In this document: one piece after another, positions 28,817-37,917 of the stretch
Layout: the number at the start of each line of letters is the position of its first letter
Position numbering within the stretch: position 1 is the stretch's first letter
Source of the DNA: an uncultured bacterium
GTDB lineage: Bacteria; UBP14; UBA6098; B30-G16
Length of the DNA stretch: 64,000 nt
Reading direction: 5' to 3'
Assembly (NCBI GenBank): GCA_965552135.1
Contig: CBEVQY010000005.1
Coordinates: forward strand, 1-64,000
The notes under the pieces: model-generated
Seen by the model: only the letters and a program-made list of their open reading frames with translations
What the model was told of the DNA's origin: nothing
The model's database searches: none
Translations under genes and position numbers: made by a program

Positions 28817-29566
28817 GTGAGAGGCTTTCTTGCAGCGCTTGGGTGTGCTTTTTTGGCTTTCGCGCAGGTCTCGTGTCAGCCCAGCGAAAGCCAGTTCGAC
28901 TCGCTGAGGGAGTCGATGGTCAAGTACCAGATCGAGGCGCGCGGGATAAGCGACCCAAGGGTCCTTGCGGCGATGAGGAAGGTCAAAAGGCACCTTTTTG
29001 TTCCGAAGGCTCTCCGGCTCTTCGCATACGACGACAGACCGCTCCCCATAGGCGAGGGACAAACGATATCGCAGCCGTACATCGTTGCGCTTATGACGGA
29101 GCTCCTCGACCTCGACGGCGACGAAAAGGTGCTCGAGGTAGGCACAGGCTCAGGATACCAGGCGGCTATACTCGCCCTGCTCGCAAAGGAGGTTTACACC
29201 ATAGAGATTCTGCCCGTGCTTGCGCAGCGGGCAGACTCGCTCCTTAAAAGCCTTGGATACGAAAACGTCCACGTAAGGTGCGGGGATGGCTACCTCGGCT
29301 GGCCCGAAGAAGCCCCCTTCGACGGAATCATCGTCACATGCGCACCGCCAATCATTCCAAAGCCGCTTGTGGAGCAGCTTGCGGACGGCGGAAGAATGGT
29401 CATCCCGGTCGGCGAGGGATACCAGGAGCTCATCCTCCTGCGCAAACACGACGGGAGGATCGACACGACGTCCGTCATCCCCGTGCGCTTCGTACCGATG
29501 ACGGGCGAAGGGATAAAAAAGGCGCTTGAGCAAAAATCAAGCGGAAGCCCGGAGGAGCGAAGATGA
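28817..29566 (+). CDS. pcm: Protein-L-isoaspartate O-methyltransferase
   Basis: GQTISQPY, VLEVGTGSGYQAA, GDGYLGWPEEAPFD, VRFVPM. Confidence 0.96.
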   Translation: MRGFLAALGCAFLAFAQVSCQPSESQFDSLRESMVKYQIEARGISDPRVLAAMRKVKRHLFVPKALRLFAYDDRPLPIGEGQTISQPYIVALMTELLDLDGDEKVLEVGTGSGYQAAILALLAKEVYTIEILPVLAQRADSLLKSLGYENVHVRCGDGYLGWPEEAPFDGIIVTCAPPIIPKPLVEQLADGGRMVIPVGEGYQELILLRKHDGRIDTTSVIPVRFVPMTGEGIKKALEQKSSGSPEERR

Positions 29567-30561
29567 AGCCTCCGCTCATATTCAAGGGTGATCCGGACTA
29601 CGCCTACGCCTCGGGCGTTGTGCGCGGGCTGGAGCCCTATATCCTCACCAAGGCGGACTACCAGAAGATCCTCGACGCCGACGAGAACCAACTCGGTCTT
29701 GTGCTTTCGGAGCTTGGCTACGGCGGCGGAGAACACAATCCAGAGCACGCCCTCGACATCGCCACCGACCTCCTCTTCGCCACCATCGACAAGCTCTCGA
29801 AGCACAAAAAGTTCACCGACCTTTTGAAGCTCAGGTACGATTTCCACAAATCGAGCGTTGTCTTCAAGGCGCGCATTTTGGGGCGCGAGGTGCCGCCGCT
29901 TGTGCCGTGGGGAACGATTCCCACCGACGAGCTTGTCGCCGGCATAAACGCCTTCGTCGAAGGCGGCGAGGCAAAGCTGCCAAAACCCATAATCGACGGG
30001 CTTGCGCTCGGGAAGAAGCTTTTTGCAGCCTACAACGCCGTCCTCGCCATCGACATAGCGCTCGATAAGACCTTCATCACACACGCCCGCTCTGTCCTGC
30101 CGAAGGGGGAGTACTTCAGCCGCTGGTTCGCGCTCTACTCGGACTGGTTGAACACGAAGTCGTTCGTCCGCATCGTCCGAAGCGGCGTGCCCACAAAACT
30201 TTTCTGGGAAATCTTCTGCGACGGCGGGGACATCGGAAGAGCCGTCTTCGCGCGCGCCCTCGAAGGCGAAAACGAACAGATCCCCCAAGCCTTCGCAAAC
30301 ACAGAGTACGGCAAAAGGCTTGTGGACGTGCTAAGGCTTGTGTGGCGCGGAAAACTCGTTGCCCTCGACGCCTTCTTCAGCGCCAAAATGCGCGAACTCT
30401 TCAGATACACAAGATACTGCCCGTACGGGCTTGAGATCGTCTGGGCTTATGCCTGCATGCGCCTTGAGGAGATAAGCACGCTTCGGACGATACTTCGCGC
30501 GAAGAAGGCGCAGCTTCCCCGCGAAACCCTCAAGGAGGTGATATCGGTTGCCCTGGAGTAA
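29563..30561 (+). CDS. ntpC: V-type ATP synthase subunit C
   Basis: DYAYASGVVR, YDFH, D..N, E...LRTI. Confidence 0.82.
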   Translation: MKPPLIFKGDPDYAYASGVVRGLEPYILTKADYQKILDADENQLGLVLSELGYGGGEHNPEHALDIATDLLFATIDKLSKHKKFTDLLKLRYDFHKSSVVFKARILGREVPPLVPWGTIPTDELVAGINAFVEGGEAKLPKPIIDGLALGKKLFAAYNAVLAIDIALDKTFITHARSVLPKGEYFSRWFALYSDWLNTKSFVRIVRSGVPTKLFWEIFCDGGDIGRAVFARALEGENEQIPQAFANTEYGKRLVDVLRLVWRGKLVALDAFFSAKMRELFRYTRYCPYGLEIVWAYACMRLEEISTLRTILRAKKAQLPRETLKEVISVALE

Positions 30562-30877
30562 GCTTGCCGCCATAGGTGACTGGAGCACCGTTTTCCCGCT
30601 GCGCGCCGTGGGGATAGAATCGCACGCCGTAGATGACCCCGCTGAGGCGCCCAAGCTTTTGCGACAACTGGCGCAAAGCAGGGAGTTCGCCGTGATCTTC
30701 ATAACCGAAGGGCTGCTTGCCTACGTTGGCGACGTTATGAGGGAATTTGCCGAAAGCGACCTTCCGGCGATAATCATAATCCCCGAGGTATCGGGCTCGC
30801 GGGGGCTCGGCGCATCGATAATCCGCGAGACCATGAAGAAGGCGGCAGGGCGCGACATAATGGCGGAGGAGGGGTGA
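30548..30877 (+). CDS. ntpF: V-type ATP synthase subunit F
   Basis: KLAAIGD, AVIFITE, PAIIIIP, KAAGRDI. Confidence 0.9.
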   Translation: MPWSKLAAIGDWSTVFPLRAVGIESHAVDDPAEAPKLLRQLAQSREFAVIFITEGLLAYVGDVMREFAESDLPAIIIIPEVSGSRGLGASIIRETMKKAAGRDIMAEEG

Positions 30878-32682
30878 TGCTCTACCCTACAAACGGACCC
30901 CCCACAAAAACCCTGCTGATTTGCCGGAGACTGGCTGTCGTAACACTCTTTGCGGCGATAAGCGTGCTTTCCGTCAATCGATTCCTATTCGGGGTAAGCG
31001 ATAACGTCATAACGATCCCCTTCCTCAAACACACCATCGACCCAAGCCTTTACGCAAACGACTATCTGATCGAACAGAAACAGTACTACTACACCTATCT
31101 GTGGCGCTTTTGCGCGATCTGGATCAAGGCGGGTGTTCGGATCAATGTGCTTTTCTTTGTGCTCTATTGCATCTTCATATGGCTTGAGTTTTTGGCGATG
31201 TACCTTCTGACCCAAACCCTCTTCGAGCGCGACTATGTGGCTTCGCTGGCGCTTTTCTTCCTCCTCTTCGGTCAGCTTTGCCCCGGAGGAGTGTCGACTG
31301 TGCCCGGGCTGCTTTTGACGCGAACCGTCGCAACACCGCTTGCCCTTCTTGCTGTTGCCCTGCTTGCAAAGCGAAAGTACACCGCATCCTTCGCTTTGCA
31401 GGGAGTAGCGTTCCTTGTACATCCAATGACTGTGCTTTACGTATTTCCCCCCAGCGCAGCCGTGATGGTCTTTGATCTTGCTAAGACGGACCTACGGAAA
31501 GCCGCGGCGCCCCTGGCTGTTTTCCTCGCCCTGGCATGCCCTATAATACTTTGGAAACTTATGCGCTCCCCCCCATCGCTCCACCTCATCAAGGTGGACG
31601 ACGACTGGATGCGCATTCTGCGCCTCAGATCGAGCTTCCACCTCTTCCCCTTCTCCTGGCCGCTTTGGAGACACGCAAAAGCCCTGCTTCTGCTCGCATC
31701 CCTCGCCCTGGGAGTACGGTTCGTGAAGAAGACCTTTCACCGAAGAGTAGTGATGATCTTTCTCGTCTCATCGCTGGTGCTCTGCGCAATAGGGACCTTC
31801 TTTGCGGAGGTGGTTCCCGTCGCTTTCGTTTTGAACCTGCAGCTTTTGCGAAGCTTTGTTTTCATCGCATTCTTCGCCCTTGCCTCCTTCGCGGCGTTTT
31901 TGCTGAACGCAATCGAGCAGGGCAGGTTCTGGAGGGCTTTGCTCGCCATCCTTCTGGCTTTTATGCCGATGTACGCCGGCGTCGGCTGGACCTATGCTTA
32001 TCCGGCATTCGTTGCCTTCGGCGCGGGATTTCTGCTCTTCCGACAAGCCCTTGTGCCAAAGGCGCGTTCCGGCTCAGCCTTTGTTGCCGCGACACTGCTT
32101 TTCTCCGCAGCGATCGGAGCGGGTGCCTACTCGATGCGCGGAAAATTCAGCATCGCCTGCGCACAAGACCCCCTGTGGCTCGATGTGCAGAGGTGGGCGA
32201 GGGCAAACACCGCAAAAAGCTCCGTCTTCATCGTGCCGCCGACGATGGAGGGATTTCGCGTCGAATCAGAAAGAGCCATATACGGCGACTGGAAGGACGG
32301 AACGCTTTCCAACTTCAACCCCGACTTCGGGCGGGAGTGGCTGCGAAGGATGAAAAAGCTCGGCTTTCGCGAAAGCTTTCCCCGCGAAAGCCTTCGGGAC
32401 TCTATCTCCCTGAGCTTCGAAAGGCTTGGGGACAGCGTCCTCTCTGGCATCGCGGCAGAATTTGGCGAAGACGTCGACGTGTACCTCGTCACGACCAAAG
32501 CAGGATACGACTTCCCTCCTGTCTACAGGAATGATAAGTTTTGGGTTTACGCGATAAGAGGCGGTGCAAGCAAGAGACTGCCCGCCCGAGGATTGACGTC
32601 AAAGGTCACTGCGCACGCAAAAGCCCAAACGGCAAGGGTTATTCGTAATACTCGTCGGGCAGGTCCTCGGTGGCGATTATGA
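30874..32682 (+). CDS. Polytopic membrane protein (DUF6798/GT-C-like)
   Basis: Many TM segments; DPSLYANDY; WARANT..FIVPP..FR..SER..DWKD; family assignment tentative. Confidence 0.6.
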   Translation: MMLYPTNGPPTKTLLICRRLAVVTLFAAISVLSVNRFLFGVSDNVITIPFLKHTIDPSLYANDYLIEQKQYYYTYLWRFCAIWIKAGVRINVLFFVLYCIFIWLEFLAMYLLTQTLFERDYVASLALFFLLFGQLCPGGVSTVPGLLLTRTVATPLALLAVALLAKRKYTASFALQGVAFLVHPMTVLYVFPPSAAVMVFDLAKTDLRKAAAPLAVFLALACPIILWKLMRSPPSLHLIKVDDDWMRILRLRSSFHLFPFSWPLWRHAKALLLLASLALGVRFVKKTFHRRVVMIFLVSSLVLCAIGTFFAEVVPVAFVLNLQLLRSFVFIAFFALASFAAFLLNAIEQGRFWRALLAILLAFMPMYAGVGWTYAYPAFVAFGAGFLLFRQALVPKARSGSAFVAATLLFSAAIGAGAYSMRGKFSIACAQDPLWLDVQRWARANTAKSSVFIVPPTMEGFRVESERAIYGDWKDGTLSNFNPDFGREWLRRMKKLGFRESFPRESLRDSISLSFERLGDSVLSGIAAEFGEDVDVYLVTTKAGYDFPPVYRNDKFWVYAIRGGASKRLPARGLTSKVTAHAKAQTARVIRNTRRAGPRWRL

Positions 32683-33178
32683 CGATTATATTGTCGTCAT
32701 CGTAGTGGTTTCGCCCCCGCCCGTTCGGTCCGAACGAGCCCACCGCCGCAACCCACTTGTGCTCGTCGCGGAGGTAGTAGTCGGTGTCGCAGAAGTAGTC
32801 GTTCCCCCACGGGTCTTTGGGGATGCGCGAGATGTACGGTCCAGCCCAGTCGGGGTAAGGATCGTCGGGGTCATTGCACACAAGTCCGGCTCTGCCGGAG
32901 TTCAGGTCCCAGCACTCGTTGTGAGGCCAGTAGCAGACGTATCCCGCGGGGCAATGGGCTGGCCACTCACCCGTCTCGGCACCAAGGGTCTCCACTGCCT
33001 TCGCTATCCTGTTCACCCAAAGCCTCGCCTCAGCTATCTTCGTCTTCTGCCGCACCGAAGAATACTTCTGCACAGCAAGGGCAGAAAGGATCCCGATGAT
33101 CACGATGACGACCATAAGCTCAACAAGCGTAAACCCCTTTCTGCCCACCGCAAACACAGCTACACCCCCTCGCGCCAT
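32639..33178 (-). CDS. GspG-like pseudopilin
   Basis: G|FTLVELMVVIVIIGIL, W.GPYI..IPKDPWG..Y, SFGPNG; TTGCAT-17-TATAAT upstream. Confidence 0.85.
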   Translation of the reverse strand: MARGGVAVFAVGRKGFTLVELMVVIVIIGILSALAVQKYSSVRQKTKIAEARLWVNRIAKAVETLGAETGEWPAHCPAGYVCYWPHNECWDLNSGRAGLVCNDPDDPYPDWAGPYISRIPKDPWGNDYFCDTDYYLRDEHKWVAAVGSFGPNGRGRNHYDDDNIIVIIATEDLPDEYYE

Positions 33179-33292
33179 CTCCCACAAATATTATAGCAAC
33201 TGTCGTGCCACGATGCAAGTCAGCGTTTTTGGGGCGTGTCGTCCTTTGGCACACGGGTTTTGGCGTTGCAATTCGCAAAACGCAAAGACGGC

Positions 33293-34027
33293 TCAGCGCT
33301 GCGGGAACTCGACGACGACCCTCGTGCCGCTGCCAACGCGGCTTTGGATCTGTATCCTGCCGCCGTGAAGCTCCACGATCTTCTTCACCACAGCCATCCC
33401 GATCCCGACGCCGCCGCGCTTGGTGGAAAAGTAGGGCTTAAAGACCTTGTCCAAAAGCTCGGGGGGAATCCCCTTGCCCTTGTCGGCGACGCTTATGGCG
33501 ACGCCTGTAGCAGTCTTCATCGTCTCCACGACTATAGCGCCGCCCTCCTGCGAAGCCTCGATGGCGTTCTGCAGGAGGTTGTGCAGAACCTGGGCGACAA
33601 GCGCCGCATCGACCTTGATGGCGGGGAGGTTATCGGCAACTCGAAGCTGGATCTCCACGTTGTCGCACCTGGCGCGCATAACGTCCACGGCGCGGCGAAC
33701 GACGTCGTTTATGTCCGTGCGCCTAAAGTCCGGGCTGGGAAGACGCGAGTAGTCCAGAAAGCTTTTTAGGATTCTGTCGAGGCGAGATAGTTCCTCCTCA
33801 ACGCGCGCAAGCCTTGCCGCAAACTTCTCGTCGTCGCCGATCTCCTCGCTCATAAGCTGAAGGTTCATCTTTATGGTGTTGAGGGGGTTTCGGACCTCGT
33901 GCGCAAGGGCGCGGGCAAGCTCGAGGAGATCCTCGCCGCTCTGGCGAACCACCACCCTGCGCCTGCCGAAAACGAAAAAGCCCAAAACAAAGCCCAAAAC
34001 CGCCAATATGATCGCAACGAAAACCAT
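33293..34027 (-). CDS. Minimal membrane-anchored histidine kinase
   Basis: AHEVRNPL, NLLQNA, DKGKG, FKPYFSTK, GVGIG; single TM. Confidence 0.93.
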   Translation of the reverse strand: MVFVAIILAVLGFVLGFFVFGRRRVVVRQSGEDLLELARALAHEVRNPLNTIKMNLQLMSEEIGDDEKFAARLARVEEELSRLDRILKSFLDYSRLPSPDFRRTDINDVVRRAVDVMRARCDNVEIQLRVADNLPAIKVDAALVAQVLHNLLQNAIEASQEGGAIVVETMKTATGVAISVADKGKGIPPELLDKVFKPYFSTKRGGVGIGMAVVKKIVELHGGRIQIQSRVGSGTRVVVEFPQR

Positions 34028-34029
34028 AC

Positions 34030-35640
34030 CTAAACCTTCCCCAAGATGGCGTAGGCTATGTAGGAGGTGTGGAGGTTTATCTTGTTCAGGTCGCTTAGGA
34101 TGTCGATGTGGATGGTGCTTGTTTCCTCGGTTTCCTTAAGCCCCCTTCTGAGGCGCGCCAGATGGCTGCGGTAAAGCTGCCTTTGCCTTTCGACAAGGCG
34201 CTTCGTCTCCTGAATGACCATCGACGCAAGCTTCTTGTCCCTGAGGGGTATGGCGTCAAGTGCCGTCTGAAGGTTTTTCTTGACCTCGGAGTGATAGTCG
34301 AGGATCTCCCGAAAACCCTCGTCGGAGAAGTAATAACCAACCTCTATCTTCTTCTGTGCGTGGACGGCGAGGTCTTTGCTTATCACATCGCCTATGTGCT
34401 CAAGCTCAAAGGCTATATGCACAAGCGCAACTGTAAGCGATGCCGACTCCGCATCGAGCTCGTCGACGGGCATGTGGGTCAAAAACTCCGTTATCGCCTC
34501 CTGGAGCTTGTCGACCTTGTCGTCCTCGAGGACGACCTGCCTCAATAGGTTGGGGTCGTTGGAGAAGAAGACCTTCCCCCAGTCCACAAGCATCCTGAGC
34601 ACCATCTCGCCCATCCGCATGATCTCCCTTGTCGCCTGTCCCATTGCGACCAGAGGGTTTGTCAGTGTGGTGTAGTCGAGGTATCTGGGGGCGAACTCAT
34701 CGGGCTTTTGCGCGCGCGGTATCAGCCGCTCGAAGACCTTCGCAAAGACATCCGCAAACGGCATGAACAGGGCGGCGACAAAAACATCGAACAGTGTGTG
34801 GGCGTTGGCTATCCTGCGGGGGATAGACCCCCCAATGGCGTCGACCACGGTCTTGTACCACGGCAGTGCGGCGAAAACCACAGCGCCCAAAAACAGCTTC
34901 ATCAAAAGCTGCGCCCAAACTATGCGTTTTGCCTCGGGCTTGCCGCCCATCGAACCTATCACACCCAGCATGCACGAGCCCACGTTGGCGCCTATCACCA
35001 TAGGCAGTGCGAGGGTGAGGTCGACGACGCCGCTGAAGGCGAGCGTGAGCAAAAGCCCCAAAACGGCGGTGCTGCTCTGAAATAAAGTGGCTAAAGCGAA
35101 CCCCAACACAGCCACCCAAAAGGGCGCTCCGGCGAAAAACTGCGCCATCGCCGATACCGCGGGGTTGTCGTGGAAGGGCGCGATACCGTCGCGCATAACC
35201 GCCATACCCAGAAAAACAAGCCCGAACGAAAAGACAACTCGCCCGCTGTAGTGCCAAACCCTGCTTTTGACGAAAAAGAAGACGATAAATCCCGCCGTAA
35301 GCATCACTGGCGCAAACCTGTAAATCTTGAACGCAAGAAGCTGCACGGTCAGTGTGCTTCCGATCCCGGCGCCGAGGACTATCGGTATGGCTTGAGCAAG
35401 CGTTATGAGCTGTGCGTTGGCGAAGGCAACAAGCATAAGCACAACAGCGCCGCTCGACTGCAGGGCGAAAGCCAAAAAAACTCCCAGCAAAAAACCCAAA
35501 AGAGGCTTTTTCGTAAGCTTTGCGACCAAAAAGCGCAGAGAGGAGCCCGCAAGCCTCTCGAGGTTGTGGGTGACCTGCGTGATCCCGTAGAGGAATATGC
35601 AAAGCCCGCCGAGTATTTGGAACATCTGCATGGTCGTCAT
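34030..35640 (-). CDS. Na/Pi cotransporter with C-terminal PhoU-like domains
   Basis: Two QSS repeats, GANVG, IANAHTLF, LEHIGD. Confidence 0.93.
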   Translation of the reverse strand: MTTMQMFQILGGLCIFLYGITQVTHNLERLAGSSLRFLVAKLTKKPLLGFLLGVFLAFALQSSGAVVLMLVAFANAQLITLAQAIPIVLGAGIGSTLTVQLLAFKIYRFAPVMLTAGFIVFFFVKSRVWHYSGRVVFSFGLVFLGMAVMRDGIAPFHDNPAVSAMAQFFAGAPFWVAVLGFALATLFQSSTAVLGLLLTLAFSGVVDLTLALPMVIGANVGSCMLGVIGSMGGKPEAKRIVWAQLLMKLFLGAVVFAALPWYKTVVDAIGGSIPRRIANAHTLFDVFVAALFMPFADVFAKVFERLIPRAQKPDEFAPRYLDYTTLTNPLVAMGQATREIMRMGEMVLRMLVDWGKVFFSNDPNLLRQVVLEDDKVDKLQEAITEFLTHMPVDELDAESASLTVALVHIAFELEHIGDVISKDLAVHAQKKIEVGYYFSDEGFREILDYHSEVKKNLQTALDAIPLRDKKLASMVIQETKRLVERQRQLYRSHLARLRRGLKETEETSTIHIDILSDLNKINLHTSYIAYAILGKV

Positions 35641-35688
35641 AAGCTGCCTCCGGGCGCGCCTTGGAGAAAGCGGGCCGGAAAAAGACGA

Positions 35689-36012
35689 CTAAATGTTGTA
35701 ACCCAGCTCCCGAAGCCTCTTTTTGCCCTCTTCGGTGATCCTGTCGACCGACCAGCGCGGCTCAAACGTAAGCTCAACATCCACCTCCGATATCCCCTCA
35801 AGCTTCTCGAGCCGCTCCTTTATCTGCCTGGTCAAAAGCTGGTGGATGGGACACCCCGGAACCGTAAGGGTCATAAGAATATGAACCCTCTCGCCCGAGA
35901 TGTCTATCCCGTAGATAAACCCAAGGTCGTAGATGTTTACGGGTATCTCGGGATCGTAGATTTGCCTGAGCTCCTCAATGATTTTCTGCCTAAGCTCCTC
36001 CTGCGACGCCAT
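35689..36012 (-). CDS. DUF59/SufT Fe-S assembly factor
   Basis: DPEIPVNIYDLG, MTLTVPGCP, FEPRW. Confidence 0.93.
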   Translation of the reverse strand: MASQEELRQKIIEELRQIYDPEIPVNIYDLGFIYGIDISGERVHILMTLTVPGCPIHQLLTRQIKERLEKLEGISEVDVELTFEPRWSVDRITEEGKKRLRELGYNI

Positions 36013-36013
36013 G

Positions 36014-36907
36014 CTAACCTCCGGGTTTGAAGTAAATGATAGCCACGACAGTTACGCCCCAGAGTACGAGATTTGCGAGCATAAACGGGTCGCGCAAAAC
36101 GAGCCTTTCGGGCGATTCGCCCTCACCCCTTACCTCGACAAGATAAAGATATCGGAAAAGCCCGTAAATCACAAAGGGCAGCGAGAGCCAAAGGTACGGG
36201 GTTCCGAAGCGCGCTGCTGTCTGCGGATCAAAAACATAAAGCGAATACGACGTAAGCGTTGCCGCAACCTCAACGAGCAGAAGGTCGCTTAGGAAGCGGA
36301 GGTTGTAGTGCTCTATGACCTTGCGGCTTGCCTTCTCGTTGTTGTGCACGATGCGGGCAAGCTCCTGTCTCCTCTTCGCGGTCACCATAAAAAGCGCCAG
36401 AAGGCTTGTGCACAAAAGCAGCCACGACGATATCTTCACACCAAGGACGACAGCCCCAGCCGCAGCGCGCAGGAGAAAACCAGCCGCGACAACTATTATG
36501 TCCACGATCACCACGTGCTTGAGCCAAAGCGAGTAGAAAATCTGCATGACGACGTAGGAAAGCCCGATAAATCCCAACCCCGTGTTGGTGCAGAAAGCCC
36601 AAAGTATTCCAGCGGCGACAAATGCAAGCGACGCCAGCGCAGCGACCCAAAGGGGCAGCTCTCCGGAGGGCAGCGGTCGACGCCGCTTGACGGGATGAAG
36701 CCTGTCGGCGGGGAGGTCAACTATATCGTTTAGTATGTAAACTCCGCTCGCCAGGAGGCAAAAGACGCCGAACGCCTCTAAAGAGAGCAGCACCTTGTCG
36801 GGATTGAGGAACTCCTGCGCAAAAATCAGCCCGGCGAAAACGAAGAAGTTCTTCGTCCACTGCGCCGGGCGCATAGACCTTATTATGGCAGAGGCTATGC
36901 GCACCAA
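36014..36907 (-). CDS. UbiA family decaprenyl-phosphate phosphoribosyltransferase
   Basis: MRPAQWTKN, NDIVD..DRLHPVKRRRP, YSLWLKH, KRRQE. Confidence 0.9.
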   Translation of the reverse strand: MVRIASAIIRSMRPAQWTKNFFVFAGLIFAQEFLNPDKVLLSLEAFGVFCLLASGVYILNDIVDLPADRLHPVKRRRPLPSGELPLWVAALASLAFVAAGILWAFCTNTGLGFIGLSYVVMQIFYSLWLKHVVIVDIIVVAAGFLLRAAAGAVVLGVKISSWLLLCTSLLALFMVTAKRRQELARIVHNNEKASRKVIEHYNLRFLSDLLLVEVAATLTSYSLYVFDPQTAARFGTPYLWLSLPFVIYGLFRYLYLVEVRGEGESPERLVLRDPFMLANLVLWGVTVVAIIYFKPGG

Positions 36908-36908
36908 G

Positions 36909-37697
36909 CTATTTCCCTCCGTTGCGTTTGCGCGCAACGATCCCTATCGAGACGGCGGTGTAGGCGCCGAACTTCGTCCTGCGCAGGCGCTCCCTCAGCC
37001 AGCGCCTCAGGCGCCACAAAACGGGAACCTTCGGCGGGTAAAGCGGAAGATGCACACCCACCTTCCAAAGAACCTCCCGAAGAACCCGGTAGAAGAAGCT
37101 CGGGTACATCCAATCGCCGTAAAAGCTTATGGGCTCAAAGCCAAACTCCCTAAGCTTTGCCGAAAGCTCCCCCAGCGAAAACTCGGTCTCCCATCCGGCA
37201 AACCAGGCATCCAGGGCTATGAGGATGTGCTTGACCACCGTATATATGTGCCACCTCTGGGGGACATCTATCACAGCGATTCCGCCGGGCTTCAGGACCC
37301 TGTAGTTTTCCCTCACGATGCCCCACGGGTCGCGGAAGTGCTCCAAAAGCCCCTGGTGGAAGACGACGTCGAAGGAGTTGTCGGAAAAGGGCAGTGCGAA
37401 GGCATCGCCCTGGACGGGTATCACCTTGGCGTCGCCCTCGGCGTTGAGCTTTTTTATTATCTGCATCGCGGCGTCGGCGTAGTCGAGGACGAAGACCTGC
37501 GCGCCCGCCCTGGCAAGCGTGAAGCTATCGCGACCCGTGCCAGCACCAACCTCCAGAATGCGCTTGCCCGAAAGATCAGGCATAACCTCCAAAAGTGCGG
37601 CGGGAATCCTGCCGGAGTTGTCGTATATCTGGCTCGGGTCCCTCTTACGGCTCCAAAAGCGCTCCCAGTGCGACCTTTCGCTCGTGCGCCTCGGCAA
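36909..37697 (-). CDS. Class I SAM-dependent methyltransferase
   Basis: ILEVGAGTG, GDAFALPF, QGLLEHF, LKPGG. Confidence 0.9.
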   Translation of the reverse strand: MPRRTSERSHWERFWSRKRDPSQIYDNSGRIPAALLEVMPDLSGKRILEVGAGTGRDSFTLARAGAQVFVLDYADAAMQIIKKLNAEGDAKVIPVQGDAFALPFSDNSFDVVFHQGLLEHFRDPWGIVRENYRVLKPGGIAVIDVPQRWHIYTVVKHILIALDAWFAGWETEFSLGELSAKLREFGFEPISFYGDWMYPSFFYRVLREVLWKVGVHLPLYPPKVPVLWRLRRWLRERLRRTKFGAYTAVSIGIVARKRNGGK

Positions 37698-37701
37698 AAG
37701 C

Positions 37702-37917
37702 TCACCTCCGCAAAAGCAGGTTCAAAACGAGCGTGAGGATTAAGGAAAGGATTATGCTCGTCGCTATGGGGAGGAATATCACAACCCCCTTCTTGCGGAT
37801 GACTATGTCGCCGGGCAGGTGCCCGAGGAAAAACTTGCCACCAAGGGTAAGCACAAGCCCCAGCACAACGAAGACAACGCCCACCAAAAGGAGGATCTTT
37901 CCGAGCTCCTGCGTCAT
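37702..37917 (-). CDS. DUF2905 family small membrane protein
   Basis: LGHLPGDI..PIATSIILS. Confidence 0.88.
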   Translation of the reverse strand: MTQELGKILLLVGVVFVVLGLVLTLGGKFFLGHLPGDIVIRKKGVVIFLPIATSIILSLILTLVLNLLLRR

